Assembly (NCBI RefSeq): GCF_006345805.1
Contig: NW_021836882.1
Coordinates: forward strand, 1-37,138
Direction: 5' to 3'
Origin: Octopus sinensis
Lineage: Eukaryota
DNA length: 37,138 nt
The translations under genes and the position numbers were made by a program. Positions within the stretch are counted from its first letter, which is position 1. Every line of letters begins with the position of its first letter. Shown piece by piece: positions 1 through 10,964 of the stretch. Below the pieces are notes generated by a model. It did not search any database. It saw only the letters and a program-made list of their open reading frames with translations, and was not told the DNA's origin.

Positions 1-375
1 TTGCTTGTGGGGCGATGATAAGGTCCTGGGGACAAGATTTCTTTTGATGTGTGTTAACGATTGTGTGTTTGCGATGTGAAAGGGAACTTGGCTGGTATGA
101 CCTCACTGGACATTGTTTTCGGGGACCTTGTTGATGGGGACCAATCCTTGTTTTGATGTTAGGTGTCTATGTTGCTTGTGGGGGTGATGGCAAGATCTGT
201 TTAAGGGTGGACAACGTTGCAAGTGACGGCAAAGAGGTGGTTGATTTATAGGGGAGTATTAAATCAAAACTGAACCTTGAGGCACACCTGAGTATAGGTG
301 AGAAAGAGTGGTGTGTGTGTGTGTGAAGAGAGATAGAATATATATAATATAAATATATATATATATATATATATA

Positions 376-426
<51 letters not shown>

Positions 427-515
427 CAATCTAATGTAGGATAAAATTTTTCTAAAAAAAATTTTATCAATGGGCAGCATATCAAAAAATACCTTTAAAG
501 GTTAAATTTATAAAC

Positions 516-848
516 AACTTATAAATAAGGCCAAACGAAAAAAATTTCATATGCCAAATATGCCGAAACTAGACACATTGTCCATAACCATATAATTTAT
601 CACAATAAGCACGCTACTCGAAAAAGGTCGACAGAAATGTCTAAAAAATTTGTCACTGACGAAGGGCAGGTTCTTATGAACCAACCCTGAAATCGGTCCG
701 ATATGGTAATAACGGAATTTTTAAGAAATTTCTGTTGACTTTTTCGAGTAGCGTGCTTATTGTGATAAATTGTATGTTTATGGACAATGTGTCTAGTTTC
801 GGCATATTTGGCATATGAAAATTTTTCGTTCGCCCTTATTTATAAGTT
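516..848. repeat. Long inverted repeat (arms about 516-650 and 716-848) with the hammerhead motif in its spacer
   Basis: The arms are near-identical reverse complements, e.g. TGCCAAATATGCCGAAACTAGACACATTGTCCATAA and TTATGGACAATGTGTCTAGTTTCGGCATATTTGGCA. Confidence 0.92.
651..703 (+). ncRNA. Minimal type-I hammerhead ribozyme motif (Penelope-like-element type)
   Basis: TGTCA-CTGACGA-[AGGG..GGTTC TTAT GAACC..CCCT]-GAA-ATCGGT-C-CGATA. The core is intact (CUGACGA, GAAA, GUC triplet, predicted cut after 698). Stem I has 4 of 5 pairs, with an A-C mismatch next to the core. Confidence 0.75.
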
Positions 849-871
849 TATATATATTTATTAATATATAT

Positions 872-913
<42 letters not shown>

Positions 914-949
914 AGGGAGTGTTTTTATATATATATATATATATATAGG

Positions 950-1122
950 CAAAATTAGAGGATTGACCACTAAAAGTGGACAGCCTGTATGCTAGATAGA
1001 GACGTTAAAATCGCCATTTTCCACGGAGGATGTGTTTCTCAATAATCGTGGAAAATGGCAATTTTAACGTCTATATCTAGCATACAGCTGTCCACTTTTA
1101 GTGGTTAATCCTCTAAATTTTG
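950..1122. repeat. Foldback palindrome, 76-bp arms, 21-nt loop
   Basis: 950-1025 is the near-perfect reverse complement of 1047-1122. Confidence 0.92.
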
Positions 1123-1346
1123 TATGTAAAAATTTTTTAATCTCGGATGTTTCAAAATATGCTTGGCCACTGGTTTTAATTGATTAAAATATCAATTTCT
1201 ACCCTTATTTAATTTTTATGTATATATATATATGTGTTATATATATATATAATATTATATATATATATAATATATATATATATATATAGGGGAGTGTTAG
1301 GATCAAAACTGAACCTTGAGACACACCTGAGTATAGGTGAGAAAGA

Positions 1347-1389
<43 letters not shown>

Positions 1390-1554
1390 AGGGAGAGAGA
1401 GAAAGTGAGAGAAATATATATATATATACAGAGTGAAAGAGAATACAAGGAGAGAGAGAAGAGAGAGAGAGAGAGATCTTAGCTGCTACAGGTGTGAACT
1501 CACCTCATAGGAGACACACACCCACCAACATTCATACAGGTGTTGTATATTTAC

Positions 1555-1685
1555 CCTACAGCTATCCTGTCCAATGCCTTTTCGGTAAAGGCGTATTTGT
1601 CTTGGAATAAGTTGTTGAGGGCATGGAGGCCACACAGTGCTCCTCTCTGTTTCTCGTGGTAAATTCCGACAGCTGTTTGCTCCAT
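1555..1685 (-). CDS. JOSD: First recognisable coding exon of a Josephin-domain deubiquitinase (JOSD1/JOSD2-like)
   Basis: Translates [43 protein letters not shown]. It matches the Josephin N-terminal motif IYHEKQxxxLCxxHALNN, with the oxyanion Gln and catalytic Cys. It ends at a phase-2 donor GG|GTAAAT (1554). Downstream exons lie outside the window. JOSD1 versus JOSD2 orthology cannot be resolved. Confidence 0.9.
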
Positions 1686-2018
1686 CAGGCTGCTGTTTCT
1701 GTCGCATTCGATTTTGTTACACCATCTGATGATGTTGTGACGTTTCCTGTCGACGCCCACACGACGAACAGTTCATTGAGGTTTCATTTGTGTCGTTAAA
1801 AATATAGATTTTATAAACACATTCGAAGGCTTTCACAGAACCGGCTGCGAAAAGAAAAAGAACTGGTTTGTGCGAGTACTTGCTCATACAGGCCTTTTTT
1901 TCCCTCCTGGTTTAAGACAAGTTGATGCTGCGAGATTCAATTGAAGATTGCAATAGCTATGGAGACAAAGAATAAAGATGAAATAATTATAAATTTACAT
2001 AAGTAAACAAAAAAAAAA

Positions 2019-2269
2019 GTAAAGTTCCTTTCCGAGTCATACAGACTCATAAGGGCCGGTTTCCCACTTTCCATAGCGTAGAAATTCCCCACCTGGACAG
2101 GACGCCGGTCCGTCGCAGGATTACTCATTTTTGCCAGCTGAGTGAACTGGTGCAACGTGGAATGAAGTGTTTTGCTTAAGGACACAACGCATTACCCGGT
2201 CCAGGAATCGAAACCACAATCTTACGATCATGAGTCCAACACGCTAACCACTAAACCACGCACCTCCAC
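2019..2269 (-). mobile_element. tRNA-derived SINE with CORE-like centre and tail type 2
   Basis: The reverse strand has an A/B-box tRNA-like head, then GTTGTGTCCTTAAGCAAAACAC...CACTCAGCTGGCAAAAATGAG, then a tail shared with 12860-13160. Confidence 0.75.
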
Positions 2270-2449
2270 AAATTTACATAAAGAGAAAGAAAAAATACTG
2301 CAACATAAATTTACATAAATTTACATAAAGAGAAAGAAAAATATTGCAGCATAAATTTACATAAATTTACATAAAGAGAAAGAAAAATACTACAACATAA
2401 ACCGAATGTAATAAATAAATGTGTGGATGTGTTTATCTGTCAATCAGTT

Positions 2450-2710
2450 TCCCTGTATCACCGTCGCTATATCTATCAGACTATCGGATGTCGTTATACA
2501 CCGCTGGTCACAATGCGTTTCCTCTCATTGTTATCGCCTACGAATGAAGCTACCGAGTTAGGCAGACGGACCGATATTCTGTCTCGAACGGAATGGCAGT
2601 CCATCACAGGGCTACACAAGTACACAAGTACACCAGTACGCATCGCTGGCTTGGGAATCGAAACCACGATACTGCCATTGTGAGCGCAACATCCTTAACA
2701 AGTTGGCCAC
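2450..2710 (-). mobile_element. Diverged tRNA-derived SINE
   Basis: The reverse strand begins with a tRNA-like head (GTGGCCAACTTGTTAAGG...GGTTTCGATTCCC). Confidence 0.55.
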
Positions 2711-2711
2711 G

Positions 2712-3127
2712 GTTCGAGCTGGTAGAAACGTTAGCACACCGGGCGAAATATTTAGCGGTATATCGTCTGTCGCTACGTTCTGAGTTCAAATTCCGCCGAG
2801 GTCGACTTTGCCTTTCATCCTTTCGGGGTTGATTAATTAAGTACCAGTTACGCACTGGGGTCGATATAATCGACTTAATCCGTTTTTATGTCCTTGTTTG
2901 TCCCCTCTATATTTATCCCCTTGTGGGTAGTAATGAAATGGGTATTTCGTCTGCCGCTACGTTCTGAATTCAAATTCCGCCGAGGTCGACTTTGCCTTTC
3001 ATCCTTTCGGGGTCGATTAAAGAAGTACCAGTTACGCACTGGGGTCGATATAATCGACTTAATCCGTTTGTCTGTCCTTGTTTGTCCCTTCTGTGTTTAG
3101 CCCCTTGTGGGTAGTAAAGAAATAGGT
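2712..3127 (+). mobile_element. SINE family B, tandem pair
   Basis: GAGCTGGTAGAAACGTTAGCAC...GAGTTCAAATTCCGCCGAGGTCGACTTTGCCTTTCATCCTTTCGGGG, with the body repeated from about 2941. The same family occurs at 7083, 13180, 20175, 21545 and 33355. Confidence 0.85.
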
Positions 3128-3356
3128 TAATAAGAAAAAAGAAAGCAATAAAAACTACTACTACTACTACTACTACTACTATTGCTGCTGCTAGCGTCAA
3201 GACGTTTGATATTTCAGTATTTGTCATCAACACCTGTCAGTCTCTCTGTCTTTATGTCCTTCGCCTATCCATATATGGTTGTCTGTCTCTCTTCGTTTGT
3301 CTTCCTCTATGCCTACTTCTTCCTCTCCCCTCCCCTCTCACTCTTCCTCGCCCGCT

Positions 3357-4082
<726 letters not shown>

Positions 4083-4176
4083 TAATCCAAACAAGAAAAC
4101 ACAAAAAAGCACAACAACGCGAGGACGTGGAACAAATATAGTATTATTGGACGCTCAGGAAAGAAGGAAAGAAGGA

Positions 4177-4214
4177 GGGGTTAACGTTTCAAGCGGAGCT
4201 CTTCGTTGGAAACA
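4177..4214 (-). ncRNA. Degenerate minimal hammerhead-like motif in a short interspersed repeat
   Basis: The reverse strand reads GTTT-CCAACGA-A-GAGC TCC GCTT-GAA-ACGT-T-AACC. Stem II, GAAA and the palindromic ACGU are present, but the core is CCAACGA instead of CUGANGA, so it is likely inactive. Confidence 0.45.
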
Positions 4215-4251
4215 TAGGACAAGGAAAGATCCAGAGAGAAAGACAGAAGAA

Positions 4252-4285
<34 letters not shown>

Positions 4286-4374
4286 ATTCCATCTTCTGCA
4301 TTTCATTTTTTATATACATTCATACATACACACACACATACATACATACATACATACATACATACATACATACA

Positions 4375-4405
<31 letters not shown>

Positions 4406-4455
4406 GTATGTGTGTGTGTGTATAAAAAATTAAATACAGAAGATGGAATTTATTA

Positions 4456-4605
4456 TCAATCACGAACAGTTTCGACACGTCTAGCATCAATTCCTCTTGT
4501 ACGACACTCAACAACTGGTTCAGGAGTATCCGGTGGTGCAGCTGTATCTCGTCGGGTGATAAATAAAAACAACTCTTTAAAATGACTGTTCCACAATGTA
4601 ACTTT
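4456..4605 (-). CDS. Candidate terminal coding exon of an unidentified gene
   Basis: Pyrimidine tract...AAACAG|, then KVTLWNSHFKELFLFITRRDTAAPPDTPEPVVECRTRGIDARRVETVRD followed by TGA TAA TAA with an overlapping AATAAA; third positions are A/T-biased. A + strand frame sharing the same third positions is also open, so the strand is not certain. Confidence 0.35.
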   Translation of the reverse strand, partial: KVTLWNSHFKELFLFITRRDTAAPPDTPEPVVECRTRGIDARRVETVRD

Positions 4606-4704
4606 CTGTTTTGTAGAGAGAAAAACAACCAGACGGAGGGAAAATCTTCACATATGTAGAAGATCAAAAGTAAAATTGCAGAAGGCAGGTAAATTGCAGA
4701 AGGT

Positions 4705-5106
4705 AGGCGCAGGAGTGGCTGTGTGGTAAGTAGCTTGCTAACCAACCACATGGTTCCGGGTTCAGTCCCACTGCGTGGCATCTTGGACAAGTGTCTTCTG
4801 CTATAGCCCCGGGCCGACCAATGCCTTGTGAGTGGATTTGGTAGACGGAAACTGAAAGAAGCCTGTCGTATATATATGTATGTGTGTGTATATTTTTGTG
4901 TGTCTGTGTTTGTCCCTCTAGCATTGCTTGGCAACCGATGCTAGTGTGTTTACGTCCCCGTCACTTAGCGGTTCGGCAAAACAGACCGATAGAATAAGTA
5001 CTGGGCTTACAAAAGAATAAGTCCCGGGGTCGATTTGCTCGACTAAAGGCGGTGCTCCAGCATGGCCACAGTCAAATGACTGAAACAAGTAAAAGAGTAA
5101 AGAGTA
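4705..5106 (+). mobile_element. SINE family C (tRNA-like head, internal TA/TG microsatellite, (GTAAAAGA)n tail)
   Basis: AGGCGCAGGAGTGGCTGTGTGGTAAG...GGGTTCAGTCCC...GACTGAAACAAGTAAAAGAG; five copies in the window. Confidence 0.88.
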
Positions 5107-5481
5107 AGGCAAAAAGAGAAACGAACATATAAGTCAACGAGGAGAGTATTGAAAATAACCGTTAATAGATATGGATGTATACACACCCTCGGGCAAGCAG
5201 CATGGAACGAGTACACACGCTCATACAAGCATCAGCAAAAATATGAGCATATGCACACGCGAGGTTTGGTGCACTCATGATCACAAAGCGAATTAGCTAT
5301 TTACTTGGTGTTTATAAGAACGGGAAGGTTAAAAGTAAACTTAAGTCATCCATACCTTAAAGTAAATTAAATTACACTAAGTTAACGGCTACTCAAAATT
5401 CATTCTCACTGCATTGTGCGAAAGTACATTTTTAAAAAAAATCCTTTTATTCTTCAAAATTAAGATAAACAAAATTCTGTT

Positions 5482-5570
5482 TTAATCTAAAATAAACTCT
5501 CCTTCATTTTCTACAATGCTCTTCCATCTATCTGGTAGACTTGCAATGCTACCTCTTCCAAATTCAAGAA
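5482..5570 (-). mobile_element. Mariner transposase C-terminal remnant
   Basis: Translates EFGRGSIASLPDRWKSIVENEGEFILD*, the typical mariner C-terminus (GIxxLPxRWxxxxxNxGxY). Confidence 0.75.
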
Positions 5571-5766
5571 CTTATCATTGCTCTTGGAACTTCCTATTCA
5601 CAGGGATTGAAGCCTCACTGTAATTTTCCGTAACTATTTATATCAATATAAATATATTACACACAAAACACGTACAGACCACTACATCATCATTTTCGGA
5701 AAACGCACACACGCCCACCCTCGTTTCACACGTCAGCTAAGCACACAACACACATATCTGCCAACA

Positions 5767-5817
<51 letters not shown>

Positions 5818-6050
5818 GCTGCTGCGCTGCTGCTGCTGCTGCTTCTGCTGCTGCTTCTGCTGCTACTGCCGCCGCCACCACCGCCGCCACCATATTTTGA
5901 AGGCAAAATATGCTATTGGCAGTTGTGCATGTCACAGGACAACAACTCCTTTTACGATGACAGCATGTTCCAAGCATACTTGACTCTTTGGTGTAAGTGG
6001 TTCTGGGACAGCGGTGTTTCGATGTGTCTCACATCAACGACCACCACCAG

Positions 6051-6107
<57 letters not shown>

Positions 6108-6406
6108 ACACGCAAGATTTATAATCTTACGAAGCTAGCATAAGTCACCGAAAGAACACGGCCAATATACGAAGAATTTCAACTTGGTTATTCATTCCAG
6201 ATACAGATTCTTGTGTCATATTTCTCATTACTGCTTTTTGATTGAATTAATGGTAAATAAACTTGTGTATTCACGATTAAAGTTGTTTAATTATATTCTT
6301 AATACATTCAGGCATATTTACATGCAAATATGCTCGTCGGTGTTGTGCGCGTCACCGGAGAACAACAGTATGTTCATAACATACTCGGTTCATTGGCGCA
6401 TGGGAA

Positions 6407-6447
6407 TCTGGGACAGCAGTGTTTCGACATGTGTCGCGTCAGTCAGA
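6407..6447 (-). ncRNA. Minimal type-I hammerhead-like motif
   Basis: The reverse strand reads TCTGA-CTGACGC-GAC ACAT GTC-GAA-ACA CTGC TGT-C-CCAGA. Stems II and III are perfect and the GUC triplet is present. The core has A9 changed to C, and stem I has one mismatch. Confidence 0.65.
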
Positions 6448-6536
6448 AGCGCGCCGACCTTTAAACAGTTTTGTTCGCTGAAATTATGTGAAATATCACT
6501 GGCGCAGGTTTGGCTTAAAAGTTCGGGTGTGTGCTA

Positions 6537-6578
6537 CTGGCTGATGAGACACAACATGGCGAATCACCGGTGTCCCAG
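6537..6578 (+). ncRNA. Minimal type-I hammerhead-like motif
   Basis: CTGG-CTGATGA-GACACAACATGGC-GAA-T-CACCGGTG-T-C-CCAG. Stem I is perfect, CUGAUGA is intact, stem III is palindromic and the GUC triplet is present, but GAAA is changed to GAAU. Confidence 0.65.
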
Positions 6579-6853
6579 AATCCCTTGTGCTAACGACCGC
6601 TTGTGTTTGAATACACTGTCTTCGTACGTCTCCTGTGACGTAAACAACAGCGATTAGAATATTTCTGTTTGAATATACTGGGATATACTAAAAATGAATA
6701 TGCAAATCATCGTATCAGGTCTCACTGCACACAGTGCAAATAATGATTTTTGTTTCATTGGTTGGTTGATATAAACACTGATCAGCGAACAGTCTGTTCA
6801 CTGAAATTATAAACATAACCTGTGGATTATTTATGTTCAAAAGGTCTGAGTAC

Positions 6854-6896
6854 TTCTGGTTGATGTGAGACACATCGAAACACCGCTGTCCCAGAA
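6854..6896 (+). ncRNA. Degenerate hammerhead-like motif (mirror copy at 6001-6040 on -)
   Basis: TTCTGG-TTGATGTGA-GACACATC-GAAA-CACCGCTG-TC-CCAGAA. Stem I is 6 bp and GAAA and GUC are kept, but the CUGAUGA box is disrupted. Confidence 0.5.
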
Positions 6897-7032
6897 CCAC
6901 TTACGCCAACGAGCCAAGTATGCTTGGAACATGCTGTCATCGTAAAAGGAGTTGTTGTCCTGTAACATGCACAACTGCCAATAGCATATTTTGCCTTCAA
7001 ATCTACCGATTATTATTATTATTATTATTATT

Positions 7033-7077
<45 letters not shown>

Positions 7078-7082
7078 TTTTC

Positions 7083-7307
7083 TATTTCTTTATTACCCAC
7101 AAGGGGCTAAACACAGAGGGGACAAACAAGGACAGACATAGGTATTAAGTCGATTACATCGACCGAAGTGCGTAACTGGTACTTAATTTATCGACCCCGA
7201 AAAGATGAAAGGCAAAGTCGACCTCGGCGGAATTTGAACTCAGAACGTAGTGGCAGACAAAATACCGCTAAGCATTTCGCCCGGCGTGCTAACGTTTCTG
7301 CCAGCTC
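7083..7307 (-). mobile_element. SINE family B
   Basis: Reverse complement of the 13180-13420 copy. Confidence 0.85.
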
Positions 7308-7595
7308 AATAATAATCATATCCTACGCAAAATACTTTCTATGTAATCTCAAGGTTTAAAACAAACATTTTTTTTTATAGACATCCACTAGTACAACACA
7401 AAAAACAACCAAATATATGGCACACTAGGCATAAGAACAACGTGAACTTCCAGCCTGTTGTCTCTTAAGGTCTCCGGGTGAGACTTGGAGCCAACTTGTA
7501 CAAATATAAAGCAAAAGTCAAACATATAATAATAATAATAATAATAATATAATAATAATAATAATAATATAATAATAATATAATAATAATAATAA

Positions 7596-7755
7596 CATCG
7601 AAAAATACCATATGAGTGAGAACCCAGGTTTGAAATTTCCCCAAGACACCTGATGAAGGCCGGAGGGTATATCAGCCGAAATGTTGTGTTAACAACAAAC
7701 AAGATGTGGACAAATATCCGTCAAATGTAAATAATGTAAATAATGTAAATAATGT
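7596..7755 (+). mobile_element. Family E: hammerhead-containing repeat (Penelope pLTR-like) after (TAA)n
   Basis: Hammerhead at 7645-7690: GACAC-CTGATGA-A-GGCCG..CAGCC-GAA-ATGT-T-GTGTT. Homologous copies at 18945-19092 and 26066-26212. Confidence 0.75.
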
Positions 7756-7759
7756 ATGT

Positions 7760-8262
7760 ATGTCTTCTCTATTTTTTAGAAATTATTATAAACCTTCCAC
7801 TGAGGAGGGAACCGGTTTCCAACAAAGATACAAGGCACCATCTTTGGGATGTAGTTAACACAGACAAATTCACATTTGGAACTTGAGAAAAGTCTTGTAT
7901 ATTTTTACTGATTCATTCATAGGTTGCACTTGTAATGTACGAATTAGCCGGTCTATTTCTCTTTCTGAAAATCCCAGTTTATCCAGATTCTCCTTTAAGC
8001 ATTTACTAACAAAACCCAGTGCTCCAATTATTATTGGTATAAATATGAATTCATTGTCTGGATATAGAAGCAGGTGGTTTCGAATCAGTTGTCCATAGAT
8101 ATCCTCTTTTTCGTTGATTTACAGAGATACTTATATCTGCAGGGCAGCTGATCGCTATGACAAACAGTATCCGGCCTGTTATGTTTACATTTGACAGAAG
8201 CTTTGATGGGAATATTCTACCAGTATTCCTTGAGTTGGTGTTTATGAATGTATTCCTTGTGT
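7760..8262 (-). mobile_element. 5'-truncated non-LTR retrotransposon with restriction-like endonuclease (R4/Dong/NeSL-like)
   Basis: Frameshifted ORF: KEYW*NIPIKASVKCKHNRPD / IAISCPADISIS / DIYGQLIRNHLLLYPDNEFIFIPIIIGALGFVSKCLKENLDKLGFSEREIDRLIRTLQ...KTFLKFQM* (stop at 7870-7872). It has the RPD, SCP and PIIxGALG REL motifs and is flanked by (TACA)n. Confidence 0.85.
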
Positions 8263-8306
8263 ATGTATGTACGTATGTATGTATGTATGTATGTATGTAT
8301 GTATGC

Positions 8307-8339
<33 letters not shown>

Positions 8340-8378
8340 TGTATGTATGTATGTATGTATGTATGTATTTTTATCAAA

Positions 8379-9013
8379 ATAAAGACTGAAGATATGTTAT
8401 CAACGATTTATTTCGCTTACACGCGTTTCATATAGTCTAGAATAATGTATATGCTGCACATTGAGGCCCCTGTGCTTAATAGATCCATAAATTGATCGAC
8501 TAACTATCCAATTAGATGTGGAGGCGCAATGGCCCAGTTGTTAGGGCAGCGGACTCGCGGTCATAGGATCGCGGTTTCGATTCCCAGACCGGGCGTTGTG
8601 AGTGTTTATTGAGCGAAAACACCTAAAAGCTCCACGAGGCTCCGGCAGGGGATGGTGGTGATCCCTGTTGTACTCTTTCACCACATCTTTCTATTACCCT
8701 TACTTCCTGTTTCTGTTGTACCTGTACTTCAAAGGGCCGGCCTTGTCACTCTCTGTGTCACGCTGAATATCCCCGAGAACAACGTTAAGGGTACACGTGT
8801 CTGTGGAGTGCTCAGCCACTTTCACGTTAATTTCACGAGCAGGCTGTTCCGTTGATTCGGATCAACCGGAACCCTCGTCGTCGTAACCGACGGAGTGCTT
8901 CCATCCATCCAATTAGATATGAAAGCCTCAATGTGCAACGGACGCATTTTCCTAGTCTATTTGAAAAACGTGTAAGCGAAATAAATCGCTGATTATACAT
9001 CTTCATTCTTTAT
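8379..9013. repeat. Old foldback element (arms 8379-8467 and 8925-9013) split by a SINE insertion
   Basis: The arms are clearly diverged reverse complements, e.g. GATTTATTTCGCTTACACG and CGTGTAAGCGAAATAAATC. Confidence 0.75.
8518..8906 (+). mobile_element. Full-length SINE family A (tRNA-derived) with 12-bp TSD
   Basis: Head GTGGAGGCGCAATGGCCCAG..GGTTTCGATTCCC; (CCAT)n tail; TSD ATCCAATTAGAT at 8506-8517 and 8907-8918. Confidence 0.92.
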
Positions 9014-9229
9014 CTTTTTACTGATATACTCTGTGATTAATACACTCAAATTAAATGGTGATCAACTTGGAATTCACAGCATGTACCTGTGAAAAGAAAT
9101 TAACAACAACCTATATAGATTACCGCAATACTGACTGGACAAATATGTTAGCCAGTTTTATTTCTGTAGAGTGCTTAAAGAGGTATTCCTCTGGATTAAT
9201 TTAATCCCTGTTTTCCTTCTTCACACACA

Positions 9230-9260
<31 letters not shown>

Positions 9261-9381
9261 CATATGTATGTGTGTGTGTATGTATGTGTGTATGTATGTG
9301 TATGTATGTGTGTATGTATGTGTGTATATTTTAAAAGATTTAATGTTTTAGCGAAGATATCCTAATTTCGCTAATTCAATA

Positions 9382-9429
9382 ATGTTTCTGAAGAGCTACG
9401 GAAGTAGCGAAAGCAGATTTTCTTTGCTC
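9382..9429 (+). ncRNA. Hammerhead-like motif lacking a clear stem I
   Basis: CTGAAGA-GCTAC GGAA GTAGC-GAAA with a perfect stem II capped by a GNRA loop. A possible stem III is AGCAGA/TTTGCT followed by C, but the flanks give no convincing stem I. Confidence 0.4.
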
Positions 9430-9927
9430 CCTTGTTTGGATCTTGATGCGGCAAGAATATGGGTGTGGTTTACGTGTTCCGAAACCATTCATGTCAGAAA
9501 TTTTAGAGCCCTTTTCAAGGCAGATGGCTTTGCTGTTTCTTTTGATTCCATATCGACCAAGTCAAGTCTACAGTTTTAACTTAAGACGGACACATTAGAT
9601 ATTGTAGTCTTAGATACACCATGACACTTGGATTGAAAATGGATCCATTAGATAGTAAAGGAGGGAACAGCTTTGATTGCAGATCTACTTGACCAGGTCG
9701 GAATAACAGCACCGTCACTACCGCCAGCAGCAGCAACAGCATACAATGAAAAAGGGAGAACTGATATCTTTCAGCCGTTTAGAAATAGTAGTTAAGTCGC
9801 ACTCAAATCAAGCCTCGCCGTCTTAAGAATGGAAGGACACCATCGAGTTATATAGTTCTTCAATTATGGATCTGTTCAATCAGGAACGAGCTAGGATTAA
9901 ACATCATCAACAACAACAACAACAACA

Positions 9928-9968
<41 letters not shown>

Positions 9969-9995
9969 ACTACTACTACTACCACCACCACCACC

Positions 9996-10047
<52 letters not shown>

Positions 10048-10584
10048 ACCGAAAGTTCTTACCATATTTACTCGGACATAAGTCGCATATACTTGATTTT
10101 AAATGAAAAAAAACAAAACAAACTGGGGTGCACCTTATACGCAGGGCAAAGATACAACCATGATGGGGGTGAGTTGTTCCAAGATTTAACTTTAAATTAG
10201 CGGTGCGATTTGTGTACGAGTCAATACGGTAAATGCTGGAATTGTTTTAAGAATTTGGTTCATCGTCTGCCTTGTTTATTGATTGCTAACGAAATATCTG
10301 ACTAGTACCGTCTTTAAAATCCATGGGACCTGGTTTTGAACATTTAATTTCTGAAAAAAAAAAAAACCTTGACCGAAACACTTTGGGTCCTCTTGTGAGC
10401 TCACAATACCTCCAAGACTGCTACTGCTCAGTTTGATAACCATTGCACCACGCAATCAGCCAACGTGCTAGATATAACACTAAAATTGCTTTCAAATCGC
10501 GCCCTACCATCTTAACATCACAGGAAGAACACTTAGACTTTAAATTCTTTATTGTCCATCTCTCTTTCTCTTTCTCTCTCTGTC

Positions 10585-10726
10585 AGGCGTGGTTGCTTGA
10601 TAAGAAACTTGCTTCCCAACCACATGATTCCACGTGGCACTTTGGGCAAGTGTCTTCTACTATAGCCTTGGCCGACCAAAGCCTTGTGAGTGGATCTGGT
10701 AGACGGAAACTGAAAGAATCCCGTCG

Positions 10727-10760
<34 letters not shown>

Positions 10761-10960
10761 TGTGCGTGTATTTGTTCCTCCACCATCGGTTGACAACCGA
10801 TGTTGGTGTGTTTACGTCCCCCGTAACTTAACGGTTCGGCAAAAGAGACCGATAGAATAAGTACTAGGCTTTCAAATAATAACTCACGAGGCCGATTTGT
10901 TCGACTAAAGGCGGTGCTTCAGCATGGCCTCAGTCAAATAACTGAAACAAGTAAAAGAAT
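10585..10960 (+). mobile_element. SINE family C
   Basis: Homologous to 4705-5106. Confidence 0.85.
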
Positions 10961-10964
10961 ATAT

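Larger units (their letters stand above)
249..1359 (+). repeat. About 70-bp direct repeat pair (249-320 and 1287-1359)
   Basis: Both copies read GGGGAGT..ATCAAAACTGAACCTTGAG.CACACCTGAGTATAGGTGAGAAAGAGTG followed by (GT)n. Confidence 0.85.
5896..7003. repeat. Mirror-symmetric cluster of four related ~150-bp units, each with a hammerhead-like motif
   Basis: Units at 5896-6040 (-), 6322-6465 (-), 6515-6665 (+) and 6840-7003 (+). The outer two are near-identical to each other; the inner two are more diverged. Confidence 0.8.

Noticed and set aside
1-245. Possible next Josephin exon
   Set aside because: No reading resembling the expected LSP..NPH..LG.GNYDVNV segment.
6184-6657. 157-aa ORF
   Set aside because: No recognisable domain; it runs through the two inverted hammerhead units.
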